Shown here in pieces: positions 33,017 through 42,973 of a DNA stretch of 42,973 bases. The stretch comes from Candidatus Parabeggiatoa communis (GTDB lineage: Bacteria; Pseudomonadota; Gammaproteobacteria; Beggiatoales; Beggiatoaceae). Location: the NCBI GenBank assembly GCA_035871815.2, contig JAYQWI020000688.1:1-42973 (forward strand). The letters are read 5' to 3'. Position numbers and translations under genes: made by a program. The notes beneath the pieces were generated by a model. That model ran no database searches, had not been told where the DNA came from, and saw only the letters and a program-made list of their open reading frames with translations. Every line of letters starts with the position of its first letter. Positions within the stretch are counted from its first letter, which is position 1.

Positions 33017-34291
33017 TTATTCAGCTAGTTTTTGGGTGAGAATAGCAAATTCTTGTTTCATTTGCAGATTTTCAAATACTAGCAACTCTGGTACTTGAAT
33101 ATTGAGCAACGCATCAAAAAATTTTTGGCTGGTACGTAATAAGTTAATTAACTCTCCACTGACTCTGACTGTTTTGTAAGTGTTTTGTGCTATTTGTAAA
33201 TCACTGGCCGTTTTGTCTCTTGCGATAATTATCTTGCGACGTTGCTTAATTAAATGCTGTTTGTACAACATGGCAGTCTTGAAAGTCAAATTTTGGGCTT
33301 CAAGGTTAGCCAACAAATGTTGACGGCGATTTCCATCCAGATTGCCACGCAAAAAATTTTGGGTGGTGGCAGTCAGATCTTGAACATTCGCAGTAATCTG
33401 ATCTATTTTAGGCAAATATTTTTCATCAATATTGTTGATGAATGTGTGTTGCATATATCGTAACGTTTTTAATAATACCGTGTACATCCCATAGTAACGT
33501 TGGCTAGTTTCTATATCTTCGCCACTCTTGACAGTCAAATCCATCAGTTGTTGGCTAATTTGTTTAACATTATCGTAGACAATACTGCTTTGAATAATAT
33601 CGTCTCCTACAACACTTGATAATAGCACGTCTAGCTGTTCTTGTGTTATAGATAAGCCTTTGTTAGAGAGTTCTTGGGCAAACTGAGTTTTAAGTTGAGC
33701 AATTATTGTATTACTTTGCTTAATAAGCTTTGTCAGTTGTTGAATTTTTTCTTCATAATCCGCTACAGTCATTTTCCAGGTTGATCGGATAGGGGCACTG
33801 ACTTGATCTTGGCGATATTGAGAAATCTTTTGTTTCATTTCCCTAATTTCTTGTTCAAGGGCATGTATACGTTCTCTCGTATGGGCAGTGTGAGAAATAC
33901 TTAGAATTGTTACAGCCTCATCAAGCAAGTTATTGATTTCACTTTTATTTTCTTGTTGATCTCGACCAAACCAAGTAGACTCAGGTAGTGTTTCCTGTTC
34001 TTTTTCAAGGAGTAACACCTTATTAAGTGTTGGAGTGACTTTGTTCCAAACTTGTGCAAATAGAGCATCTTTTTCTTCAGGAAATACCGTTTCAGTTGAC
34101 TGTTTAATTAAACTTTCAACAGTTTCCGTGGAGTCATCCCACATATTCACTATCGCTTGTTTTGTTTTTTCCCACCAAGAGGTTTGGTTTTCGTTGGTGT
34201 TTTCAACGGCATTGGCACAGTTCACCATCATAAGCAACAGCAAAATGGCTAATGGCATTTTTAAAGGGTATGTACTCATATTAATATCCAC
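33017..34291 (-). CDS. Hypothetical exported coiled-coil protein
   Basis: 424-aa ORF with a signal-peptide-like N-terminus (KMPLAILLLLMMVNCANA-VE) and Q/L/E/K-rich heptads; the start may be the ATG at 34279. Confidence 0.8.
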   Translation of the reverse strand: MDINMSTYPLKMPLAILLLLMMVNCANAVENTNENQTSWWEKTKQAIVNMWDDSTETVESLIKQSTETVFPEEKDALFAQVWNKVTPTLNKVLLLEKEQETLPESTWFGRDQQENKSEINNLLDEAVTILSISHTAHTRERIHALEQEIREMKQKISQYRQDQVSAPIRSTWKMTVADYEEKIQQLTKLIKQSNTIIAQLKTQFAQELSNKGLSITQEQLDVLLSSVVGDDIIQSSIVYDNVKQISQQLMDLTVKSGEDIETSQRYYGMYTVLLKTLRYMQHTFINNIDEKYLPKIDQITANVQDLTATTQNFLRGNLDGNRRQHLLANLEAQNLTFKTAMLYKQHLIKQRRKIIIARDKTASDLQIAQNTYKTVRVSGELINLLRTSQKFFDALLNIQVPELLVFENLQMKQEFAILTQKLAE

Positions 34292-34344
34292 CTTTTCAGT
34301 TATTTGTTTTCAGTTCCCTATAAATAAATAAATTAAATGATCAT

Positions 34345-34430
34345 TAGAGTTGTCTCTAAATAAACGTAATCCATTGAAAATACGAAATACAATAATAAAA
34401 ATCAAGGACTTAGCTTCAAAAACAACTCTA
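34345..34430. mobile_element. MITE-like element whose end overlaps the dnaX stop codon
   Basis: Ends TAGAGTTGT and ACAACTCTA; internal similarity to 19272-19364. Confidence 0.65.
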
Positions 34431-36077
34431 TTGTTCACTAATCACTATTGGTTGTTCACTGTTCACTGATAAAGGTTCTATAGGCGTTATATTACTGACT
34501 TGTGCATCACAGTGTTCTTTTAGATAGATAACAAACAGGTCATTTTCAATTGCTTTCACAGCATATTCCTCAGGTGTTTCTTGAATATGTTGCTGCTGCT
34601 GGACAGACGTTTCTTTTTTAGGATTTTCTATGATAATACTGTACGTTTGTCCGTAGTGTTTTCGCACTACCTCTTCTAATTCTTTTTCTGCGCTGAGTAA
34701 AATTTTAGAGTTAGAGGGTAACGTCAAATACCAAATATTTCCATCACGTTTTTGAAATTGACAGTTGAGCGCAAGTTGTTTCACAAGGCGGCTCTTGAAC
34801 GCTAATGATTGTATGGCACTTCCCCATTCGTCATGACTATTTAATGATTGTGGTGGTTCGTCTGGTTTGACAGCTTCAGTTGCTACACTGACGGCCGCTC
34901 CAGTAATGGAGGATGGGTGTGCCGTTGTTGTGATGGGGGAGTGAGGCATCGTAGAGGTTGCTTTAGCAGGTTGTGGCTGCATACCTGTCATGTTCTTCGG
35001 GCGAAACGCTAACATACGCAGCATCACCATTTCAAAACCACCACGCGGTTCGGGAGCAAGTGGCAAATCGCGCCGCCCTAACAATCCAATTTGATAAAAT
35101 AATTGTACATCTTCAGGTGAAATTTGTTGAGCAAGTTGCGAAATGGCCTCACCGTCAGATTGATTAACTTCAACGGTGGTAGGCATGACTTGTGCCAAAG
35201 CGATTTGTTGTAGTAAAGAGAGTATATCGCCTAAGACAGTGACGAAATCTGGATTTTGTTCTGCAAGCCTAGCAATATTTTGCAATAAGCCGGGGGCATC
35301 AAAAGCAGCCAACACCTTAATTAATTCTACTACTGTTGACTTCTCAACTGTGCCCAGCATATTACCCACGTCTGCACTAGACAATTGACCCGCACCGTAA
35401 GCAATAGCTTGATCTAATAAACTTAACGCATCACGTAAACTCCCATCTGCCGCTTGTGCTAATAAGCGTAATGCTTGGAATTCATAGCCAATACTTTCTT
35501 CTTCAACAATTTGAGTCAAATGTTGAGCGATATGTTCTTGAGTTATGCGTTTGAGATTAAATTGTAAACAGCGCGATAAGATGGTTGGGGGTAATTTTTG
35601 AGGATCGGTTGTGGCAAGTAAGAATTTAACGTGTGGAGGGGGTTCTTCCAAAGTTTTCAATAAAGCGTTGAAACTGTGAGTAGAAAGCATGTGTACCTCG
35701 TCAATGAGGTAGACTTTATAACGCCCCCGTGTTGGCGCATATTGGACATTGTCCAATAAATCACGGGTATCTTCAACTTTGGTACGCGAAGCAGCATCAA
35801 CTTCAATTAAATCAACAAACCGCCCTTCATCAATTTCGCGACAGGAGAGGCATTTCCCACATGGATAAGCGGTAACCCCTTTTTCACAATTAAGGGATTT
35901 AGCCAAAATTCGCGCTATCGTTGTTTTTCCCACTCCCCGTGTGCCAGTAAATAAATAAGCATGATGGAGACGATTTGAGTCAAGTGCATTTGTCAACGCT
36001 TGTAAAACATGAGATTGCCCCACCATTTCAGGAAAATTACGTGGTCGCCATTTGCGGGCTAAAACTTGATAGGCCAT
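34428..36077 (-). CDS. dnaX: DNA polymerase III gamma/tau subunit
   Basis: MAYQVLARKWRP, GTRGVGKT, DEVHML, SRC; start trimmed to 36077. Confidence 0.98.
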   Translation of the reverse strand: MAYQVLARKWRPRNFPEMVGQSHVLQALTNALDSNRLHHAYLFTGTRGVGKTTIARILAKSLNCEKGVTAYPCGKCLSCREIDEGRFVDLIEVDAASRTKVEDTRDLLDNVQYAPTRGRYKVYLIDEVHMLSTHSFNALLKTLEEPPPHVKFLLATTDPQKLPPTILSRCLQFNLKRITQEHIAQHLTQIVEEESIGYEFQALRLLAQAADGSLRDALSLLDQAIAYGAGQLSSADVGNMLGTVEKSTVVELIKVLAAFDAPGLLQNIARLAEQNPDFVTVLGDILSLLQQIALAQVMPTTVEVNQSDGEAISQLAQQISPEDVQLFYQIGLLGRRDLPLAPEPRGGFEMVMLRMLAFRPKNMTGMQPQPAKATSTMPHSPITTTAHPSSITGAAVSVATEAVKPDEPPQSLNSHDEWGSAIQSLAFKSRLVKQLALNCQFQKRDGNIWYLTLPSNSKILLSAEKELEEVVRKHYGQTYSIIIENPKKETSVQQQQHIQETPEEYAVKAIENDLFVIYLKEHCDAQVSNITPIEPLSVNSEQPIVISEQ

Positions 36078-36190
36078 GAAAATGAAATATTTGCTAAGCA
36101 ATAAAAAACGATCCGTTATTAACATAACGGATGATAAGGAAGGCAATCTTAAAGGATAAATCTAATTTAATAGAGAAATAGAGAATAAGA

Positions 36191-36307
36191 GGGTGGTAGT
36201 CAGCGCCAGCCACACCCCGGCACACACATTCGCTGCTGCCGCTGCTTCCTTCCGGATCTGACGGGGTTCACAACGAAAGCGTTGCGAGGGAACCGACACC
36301 AACCACC
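36191..36307 (-). ncRNA. ffs: Signal recognition particle 4.5S RNA
   Basis: Conserved TCAGATCCGGAAGGAAGCAGC core, complementary ends GGTGGT/ACCACC, and position upstream of dnaX. Confidence 0.93.
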
Positions 36308-36324
36308 ATAACAATGTTTTAAAA

Positions 36325-36417
36325 TGGCGGAGAGAGAGGGATTCGAACCCTCGGTACGTTTTTTAAACGTACACACGATTTCCAATCGTGCTCCTTCGAC
36401 CACTCGGACACCTCTCC
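36325..36417 (-). tRNA. tRNA-Ser (GGA)
   Basis: GGAGAGGTGTCCGAGTGG..CACGA-TTGGAAA-TCGTG, long variable arm, GGTTCGAATCC..CCGCCA. Confidence 0.96.
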
Positions 36418-36579
36418 ATTTTGTCAGTTATCAGCTATACAAGGACATTGAATTCGATTTATATACCAAAACGAAATAATCTAAAACAAACCCTAATTTA
36501 TTAAACTAAAATAAATTAAAAAATAAGTTTTTGTTAGTTTTCGCTTTTAAAATTTTTCAATGTTTAATATTGTATAACA

Positions 36580-36610
36580 ATTGTTCAATTGTTCAATTGT
36601 TCAATTGTTA
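36580..36610. repeat. Tandem octamer (ATTGTTCA) x about 3.5
   Basis: attgttcaattgttcaattgttcaattgtta. Confidence 0.7.
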
Positions 36611-36838
36611 TTCAACACAATATGACATTCTACACGATGAAAAACAAAAGTCAAGCGTTTTCAAAAACACTTTATTTATTAACCCTTTTGCATATAATGG
36701 TTTGTTTACATAAATAGGCTCATTATTTAATTAATGATGCCAGCATCCTAACAAAAAGTAGCTAGTCATGTCTAGTACACCATTAAACTAAATTAACTGA
36801 CAACCACCTATCCGTTTTTTATAATTCATTGTCGTTAT

Positions 36839-37026
36839 TAACTGATGTTACGCACTCAACTTCTGTTCCAGAAAGAACACAAACGATAATTGGTGTTGGA
36901 TTCGTTTGGTTCACTTCAATCATTCGATAATCCGCCCCCTCATTTTTTCAGAGTATCTGCATCAATACGTGAGGTTTCGTGCGCTTGTATAACCTTGAGA
37001 AGAATCTGGGTGCGTAACATCAGTTA
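36839..37026. mobile_element. MITE-like element with 17-bp perfect terminal inverted repeats
   Basis: TAACTGATGTTACGCAC...GTGCGTAACATCAGTTA. Confidence 0.7.
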
Positions 37027-37124
37027 TTAAGTACAGCGACACTTGGGATAAACGAATCAATCTTGGGAAAATGATGAATAGGTAACTTGATTTTAATTTA
37101 ACTCAAAGTCGAGACAAAATACGA

Positions 37125-37159
37125 TTTTCCGCTCAAGTCTTTCGCACTTGAGCGGAAAA
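37125..37159. terminator. Perfect 14-bp hairpin downstream of htpG
   Basis: TTTTCCGCTCAAGT-ctttcgc-ACTTGAGCGGAAAA; no clear U-tract, so it may be a repeat core rather than a terminator. Confidence 0.35.
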
Positions 37160-37415
37160 TGGATTTTTATCTACTTCGGGTAGATATTCGTTTATCGGCC
37201 AGTAATTCGTTGTACTACTTGATGTGGTGCCATCAAGTCAAACTGATAAGGAGATCGATATCCCGATTTAAAAAATCGGTTTAGACTTTCAAAACACCAT
37301 AACCACAAGAATAGTGATAACAATTATTGTCTAAAATTTTAAATCGAATTAAGGATTAACACATTTCAATAAATTAAATTATTTTTGTATTAAGACTTCC
37401 TTATCAAGTAATACT

Positions 37416-37536
37416 TAGATTTGTTCCCAAATAACTCTATTGTTCAATTTATATATATTATTTAAAAAATGAACAACGAAAAATTATTGAAATGCAATAC
37501 GCATAAATCAATAGCTTAGCTTCCGGGACAAGTTCA
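37416..37536. mobile_element. Degenerate MITE of the TAGA.TTGT family
   Basis: TAGATTTGTTCC...AATCAATAGCTTAGCTTCCGGGACAAGT; the 3' part resembles the 19272 and 34345 copies. Confidence 0.45.
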
Positions 37537-37691
37537 TTAATAGTGCTTTTATTGTTTATGGAATTTTCACCCAATGACCCAATTACCAATCAGCTAAGTC
37601 ATTGATTTTTAATTCTTATGCACCTAGCACCTTGCTTGTACGCCAATGAATTACGTTTATTGAAGGAACAAGTCTATTATTTTATAACTAA

Positions 37692-39623
37692 CTAATTATT
37701 GAGGGTTATGATTCGAGGTGAAGATAAGTTACCCATTGATATAAACATTTCATTCATACGCTTGACAAACGTTGCCGGATCGTCTAACTGTCCACCTTCA
37801 CTAAGCAAGGCTTGCTCAAACAAAAGAAACACCCAATCCTTGAAACGTTTTTCATCCGTTTCATCCGATAAACCCTCTACAAGCGGATGTTGTGGATTGA
37901 TCTCCATGATAGGCTGGTTACCGACAATATCTTGACCAGCGGATTTAAGCAAACGTTCTAAACTGGCATCCATCGCCTGTTCATCTGCCACAAGACACGC
38001 TGGTGATGTGGTCAAACGGTGTGTCATCCGCACTTCTTTTACCTTTTCGCCTAAGGCATTTTTGATGCGCTCCAGCATTGATTTTAAGGTATCTGAGGCT
38101 TTTTCTGCCTCCTTTTTTTCCTCTTCAGTTTCCAAATCGCCCAAATTCAATTCACCTTTCGTGACAGATTGCAACGACTTGCCATCAAACTCATGTAAAT
38201 GTGTACCCAACCATTCATCAATTTGCTCAGATAACAACAACACTTCAATGCCCTTCTTGCGAAAAATCTCTAAGTGCGGACTATTTTTCACCGCAGAGAA
38301 ACTATCTGCCGTGATGAAGTAAATTTTTTCTTGCCCCTCCTTCATGCGTTCAACATAATCTGAAAGCGAGATGGCCGGTGTGGGATTATCATCATAAGTC
38401 GTTGAAAAACGCAATAACTTAGCAATACGTTCTTTATTGCTATAGTCATCAACAACACCTTCTTTGAGTACCGACCCAAATTCTTTCCAGAAATTCGCGT
38501 ATTGCTCAGGCTCATTTTTGGCTATATTCTCCAGTGCGCTGAGAACTTTTTTCACCGTACCAGAGCGGATCGCCTCGATTTGTTTATTGTGCTGTAATAT
38601 TTCCCGCGAAATATTCAGCGGTAAATCGTTGCTATCAATGATGCCGCGAATGAAGCGCAAATAAGGTGGCAAGAGTTTTTCATTATCATCCATGATAAAG
38701 ACGCGCCGCACGTACAGTTTTACCCCTCGTCGATTATTGCGATCCCACAAGTCAAAGGGGGCCTTGGCAGGAATAAACAACAGCGTGGTATATTCATTGC
38801 TGCCTTCGACTTTGTTGTGAATACGGGCTAATGGTGCTTGTCCGTCATGAGCGACGTGTTTGTAAAATTCGTTATACTCATCTTCAGTGATTTCCGTTTT
38901 GGAGCGTGTCCACAATGCCTTTGCCGTATTAACGACTTCCTCTTCGATGATCGTCTCATCTTTTTCTTCAGAGGTAGTGACTTTTGGCATAACGATAGGC
39001 AAAGTGATATGATCGGAATACTTTTTGATGATGCTATGCAAGCGATAATCTGATAAAAATTCATCCTCATCAGGCAGCAAGTGCAAAATCACTTCAGTGC
39101 CATGCTGTTTACGTTCAATCGTTTCAACGCTATACTCCCCCTCTCCAGCGGATTCCCATCTCACGCCATGTGATGCCTCTAATCCCGCACGACGAGTGAG
39201 TAAAGTCACTTTATCAGCAACAATAAACGAAGAATAAAACCCAACTCCAAACTGTCCAATTAACTGGGTATCCTTAGCGTTATCGCCTGTCAGAGATTTG
39301 AAAAATTCTTGGGTGCCCGACTTAGCAATTGTACCAATGTTATCTATGACTTCTTCACGCGACATCCCAATCCCATTATCGCGCACTGTGATAGTACGAG
39401 CATCTTTGTCAAACTGAATCCAAATTTTCAGATCCGCATCGCCTTCATACAGCGCATCATCCGATAAGGCCTCAAAACGCAATTTATCGGCCGCATCAGA
39501 GCTATTGGAAATTAACTCGCGCAGAAAAATTTCCTTGTTGCTATACAAGGAATGTATCATTAAATTAAGTATTTGCTTTACTTCAGTCTGAAAACCAAGT
39601 GTTTCTTTGTGTGTCTCTGTCAT
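37692..39623 (-). CDS. htpG: Chaperone HtpG (Hsp90)
   Basis: [39 protein letters not shown]; GGAG RBS before MTETHKE. Confidence 0.98.
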   Translation of the reverse strand: MTETHKETLGFQTEVKQILNLMIHSLYSNKEIFLRELISNSSDAADKLRFEALSDDALYEGDADLKIWIQFDKDARTITVRDNGIGMSREEVIDNIGTIAKSGTQEFFKSLTGDNAKDTQLIGQFGVGFYSSFIVADKVTLLTRRAGLEASHGVRWESAGEGEYSVETIERKQHGTEVILHLLPDEDEFLSDYRLHSIIKKYSDHITLPIVMPKVTTSEEKDETIIEEEVVNTAKALWTRSKTEITEDEYNEFYKHVAHDGQAPLARIHNKVEGSNEYTTLLFIPAKAPFDLWDRNNRRGVKLYVRRVFIMDDNEKLLPPYLRFIRGIIDSNDLPLNISREILQHNKQIEAIRSGTVKKVLSALENIAKNEPEQYANFWKEFGSVLKEGVVDDYSNKERIAKLLRFSTTYDDNPTPAISLSDYVERMKEGQEKIYFITADSFSAVKNSPHLEIFRKKGIEVLLLSEQIDEWLGTHLHEFDGKSLQSVTKGELNLGDLETEEEKKEAEKASDTLKSMLERIKNALGEKVKEVRMTHRLTTSPACLVADEQAMDASLERLLKSAGQDIVGNQPIMEINPQHPLVEGLSDETDEKRFKDWVFLLFEQALLSEGGQLDDPATFVKRMNEMFISMGNLSSPRIITLNN

Positions 39624-39952
39624 ATAACTCTCCATTGGGCTAAAAATTGGCAGGCTCAAATATAGGGGTATCGTAGGCAGTTTCAATGCTTGAAGAAATA
39701 AAGGATAATCATCTTCTGCAAAAACACGGGATACTTTAAACTCAAGCCATTAAGGTTATTTATCTATGGTTATATTAAATATAAATGATACAATGCTAAA
39801 ATTATTTAATTAGGTTGTAGCTCATTTACCCATTACATTATTGTGGTTTAAATAATTTAAATGATCTTTTGATTTAAAGATCGCGCTGAGAATGTTAGTC
39901 AATTTGAAACCTTTATCGCGTCATCCAGCACTTTAATGATGGACTAGAAAAC

Positions 39953-40732
39953 ATGTTGCCCTTATCTGTCGATACTTTTTTTTCAACACATCAAGATTTA
40001 TTGTGGTTATTAACCGTTGCGATTGATTTATCCCTCACGCTGCTGCTTTACCGCTTGTTTGGTAAAATGGGGTTGTATACCATTGTTATACTCAATATTA
40101 TGTTGAGTAATTTTCAAGGCCCTAAACTCACCATTATTTTTGGTATGGAAACAAGCTTAGGTGTCATACTGTATTCCGGCATTTATTTTGCCACAGATTT
40201 ATTGAGCGAAAAATACGGCAAAAGAGAAGGCCAACGTGCTGTATTGTTGGGCTTTGTGGCCAGTCTGATTCTGGTCATTATGATTTATATTAGCTTACGC
40301 TTTTTGCCGTCGGATGTACCAGGACATGTTGAATTTGCTCAAAAGATACATTGGGCTATTGCCACCATATTTAATTTTACGCCACTTTTTGTCTTTGGCT
40401 CCCTCCTTGCCTATCTAATTACTCAAAGCTTTGACGTTTGGATATTTCACTACATCAAAGAAAAAACCCAAGGCAGACATCTTTGGCTTAGAAATAATGT
40501 CTCAACTATCAGTTCTCAAGCACTTGACACTATCTTATATGCCGGAATTGTTTGGGGCCCAGTCCTCGGTTTTAGGGAAGCAATTCATTTAGCTTTTGCC
40601 AAGTATATTATTAAAGTCATCATCGCAATCATTGACACTTTTTTTATTTACTGGGCTCGAAACTGGGATGTGGATGATAAAGATTGGAATGAACCCGCAC
40701 AACAGTCTTTTAAGAACGACAAACAAGAGTAA
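39953..40732 (+). CDS. yhhQ: Queuosine precursor transporter (YhhQ/Vut_1 family)
   Basis: Multi-TM protein with TDLLSEKYGK, SQ/TQSFDV and LWLRNNVSTISSQALDT. Confidence 0.88.
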   Translation: MLPLSVDTFFSTHQDLLWLLTVAIDLSLTLLLYRLFGKMGLYTIVILNIMLSNFQGPKLTIIFGMETSLGVILYSGIYFATDLLSEKYGKREGQRAVLLGFVASLILVIMIYISLRFLPSDVPGHVEFAQKIHWAIATIFNFTPLFVFGSLLAYLITQSFDVWIFHYIKEKTQGRHLWLRNNVSTISSQALDTILYAGIVWGPVLGFREAIHLAFAKYIIKVIIAIIDTFFIYWARNWDVDDKDWNEPAQQSFKNDKQE

Positions 40733-41238
40733 ATAACGCGACTAAAATCACATTTGTAGTGAGTAAATTCAGTTATTGCTAAAAAGTTTTGTTCGTCATT
40801 TTTGATTAATTGAGAATGACGTAATGGGTAATGAGTAATAGAAAATCATTTCATGACATTTATTTATAAATAAGTGGTTTGTTTAAATTGAACTCATTTA
40901 GAGCGTGTTGTGTTTGAAAAGAATAGTTATGATGTAAAGTGGGCAACGTATTTTTGTTGCCCACCTTTGGAATTTTTGTTGCCCACCATCTCGCTAAAGA
41001 CACCCTTTTTGGGCTTTACGAAGCCAGAAGCTGTGAGAATGATTATGAAAATATCAAAATCTAAACGATTGATTTTTAATACATCGCTTAGTAAAAATTA
41101 ACCACATTTATCAAACTATCAATTAATTATTATTAATATTGCCAATCGTAGAGAGGCACAGCCGTGCGTCTCAACTCTGGTTTTCGCACAGTTCGATAAT
41201 TTTGTTGGCCTTCAAGATAACCCATATCAAAATTTTGA

Positions 41239-41273
41239 GAACTGAACATTGAACGCTGATAACTGATAAATGA
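41239..41273 (+). repeat. TAACTGA-type heptamer run abutting a start codon
   Basis: GAACTGA ACATTGA ACGCTGA TAACTGA TAAATGA; the ATG at 41270 lies in the last unit. Confidence 0.7.
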
Positions 41274-41863
41274 AAGAAGTCACCTCTACAAAATGGAATA
41301 GCCGTTATCAAGCGGCAACTGACATGCCCCCGGCCTGTCAAGTACTCACCGCTTACACACATTTACTTCCCATACAAGGTAACGCTTTAGATTTAGCCTG
41401 TGGTTTAGGGGCTAATGCCCTACTACTTGCTCGTCATGGTTTAGAAACTAACGCTTGGGATTCTGCTGAAGTCGCGCTTGAACGTTTACAGGCATTCGCA
41501 CACACTGAAGAGCTACACATTGATACCCAAGTGCGCGATGTTGTGTTTTCACCTCCGGAGCCTGCTACCTTTGATGTCATTGTGGTTTGTCAGTTTTTGG
41601 AGAGAAGTTTAACACCTGCTTTGACGCAAGCACTTAAACCCAATGGATTACTGTTTTATCAAACGTTTACGCGCACAAGTGTCAACAACACAGGCCCTAA
41701 AAATCCTGATTATCGCTTGGCCGATAATGAATTATTGCGCTTATTTGCCAACTTGCAGATAGTCGTTTATCGTGAAGAAGGTGATATTGGAAATACAACG
41801 CAAGGTTTTCGTAATCAAGCGCTGCTGATTGCAAGAAAACAGCCCTTGTTTATCAGTAGTTGA
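41270..41863 (+). CDS. TehB-like class I SAM-dependent methyltransferase
   Basis: ALDLACGLGANAL motif I, FDVIVV, LKPNGLLFYQTF. Confidence 0.88.
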   Translation: MKEVTSTKWNSRYQAATDMPPACQVLTAYTHLLPIQGNALDLACGLGANALLLARHGLETNAWDSAEVALERLQAFAHTEELHIDTQVRDVVFSPPEPATFDVIVVCQFLERSLTPALTQALKPNGLLFYQTFTRTSVNNTGPKNPDYRLADNELLRLFANLQIVVYREEGDIGNTTQGFRNQALLIARKQPLFISS

Positions 41864-41910
41864 TAAACAACAGCGGATTATTGACCTACCGATGACTGGG
41901 AATAAGACAC

Positions 41911-42444
41911 TCAACGATTGATTTCGCTGACATGCACAGGAAATTGCCCTGTAACCCGATCTTGAAAATAATAAGTTAACGTTTGATGTATCACAGGAAA
42001 CGCGATTTCTTCCCAAGGGATTTCATCTTGAGTAAAAAGACGCACTTCAAGACTTTCAGGGCCAGGTGCAAACGTTAAATCACACAATTGGGCACGAAAC
42101 ATCGTATACACCTGACTAATATAAGGCAAACTGATCATCACATATAAACTGAGTTGTTCAAGATTAGCCCTCGCCTCTTCCCAACTTTCTCGGACGGCTC
42201 CCTGTGAAACCGTTTCATTATTTTCCATAAATCCCGCCGGCAACGTCCACAAACCATAGCGCGGTTCAATGGCGCGTTTACACAAGAGAATTTTGTCTTC
42301 CCATTCTGGCAAGCAACCGGTAACGACTTTGGGATTTTGATAATGGATGGTATGACACTCGGAGCACACACAGCGGGGGGTAGTATCTCCCTCTGGTACT
42401 GTCAATATCAACCGTGCAGAACCACAATGGCTACAATAATTCAT
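41911..42444 (-). CDS. Nudix hydrolase with N-terminal zinc ribbon
   Basis: YCSHCG..CSEC..HYQNPK; Nudix box LPAGFMENNETVSQGAVRESWEEA. Confidence 0.92.
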   Translation of the reverse strand: MNYCSHCGSARLILTVPEGDTTPRCVCSECHTIHYQNPKVVTGCLPEWEDKILLCKRAIEPRYGLWTLPAGFMENNETVSQGAVRESWEEARANLEQLSLYVMISLPYISQVYTMFRAQLCDLTFAPGPESLEVRLFTQDEIPWEEIAFPVIHQTLTYYFQDRVTGQFPVHVSEINR

Positions 42445-42487
42445 AATTGAGGGAGAAATCTAATAAATTGAACAATAATAAATAAGA

Positions 42488-42563
42488 TGGCGCTCCCTAG
42501 GGGACTCGAACCCCTGTTTACGCCGTGAGAGGGCGGTGTCCTAGGCCGCTAGACGAAGGGAGC
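42488..42563 (-). tRNA. tRNA-Glu (CTC)
   Basis: GCTCCCTTCGTCTAGCGGCCTAGGACA-CCGCC-CTCTCAC-GGCGT..GGTTCGAGTCC..GAGCGCCA. Confidence 0.93.
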
Positions 42564-42667
42564 TAAAAACCAGATAATCAAGTGAGGTGCGTATTAAAAC
42601 ATATTTTGACGCAAGGCTCAACTCTTTTTTGATTCACAATTCACTCATTAAAAACCATTCTTATTAA

Positions 42668-42893
42668 CGTGAGTTCGACTTTAAATATCAAGTCGTTATA
42701 AAAATTTTAAGTCTATATTAAAAACCATGCTGAAATAGTGTCCCCTTGATTTTTGGTAATTAATAATTTGCAAAATAAATAGGCCATTGCCATTATTAAT
42801 AGGGTATTAATATTTTTATAAATATTTATAATCAATAACTTACCACTAACTCGATGATTGAACACTATTTTTATTATTAAGTAGAACTCATAT
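42668..42893. mobile_element. Degenerate MITE-like element
   Basis: Imperfect inverted ends CGTGAGTTCGACTT and AAGTAGAACTCATA. Confidence 0.4.
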
Positions 42894-42973
42894 TATTAAT
42901 TTAATCTTAAATTGATTTGCTGAATAAAAGGCATCAAAAAATTATTTTTTTTTTAATAAACATTTGTGTTTAT

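Noticed and set aside
34612-34620. AAAAAAG in dnaX as a -1 frameshift site for gamma
   Set aside because: It is phased AAA AAA G rather than A AAA AAG and lies too near the C-terminus.
36200-36403. 67-aa ORF upstream of dnaX
   Set aside because: It is a translation of tRNA-Ser and ffs.
39690-39952. preQ1 riboswitch upstream of yhhQ
   Set aside because: No preQ1-I stem-loop with an A-rich tail is recognisable.

Overview
AT-rich gammaproteobacterial chromosome segment, probably from a large sulfur bacterium of the Beggiatoaceae (inferred from protein style, TAACTGA-type heptamer repeats and MITE-rich spacers). Most genes are on the minus strand. From left to right: (1) an accessory RiPP-like cluster at 1-6418 (NHLP-like precursor ending ...SCC, fused RRE/C-D YcaO cyclodehydratase, amidohydrolase, Ser/Thr-kinase multisensor running off the window); (2) a UvrD-like helicase; (3) the conserved tRNA-Tyr/Gly/Thr-tuf-tRNA-Trp-secE-nusG-rplKAJL-rpoBC block, with spacers expanded to 0.3-3.4 kb; (4) dnaQ, a yafS-like methyltransferase, ybaB, a secreted coiled-coil hypothetical, dnaX, ffs, tRNA-Ser, htpG, yhhQ, a methyltransferase, a Nudix hydrolase and tRNA-Glu(CTC). 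The best candidate for an undescribed system is the SCC-precursor/YcaO/amidohydrolase/kinase cluster. Other oddities are a probable orphan mini-IS607 TnpB omegaRNA cassette, an L10 leader split by about 380 nt, a decayed tRNA-Tyr copy, a tandem duplicate of the dnaQ 5' end, and repeats or MITEs that supply protein sequence. All calls are by eye; no searches were run.
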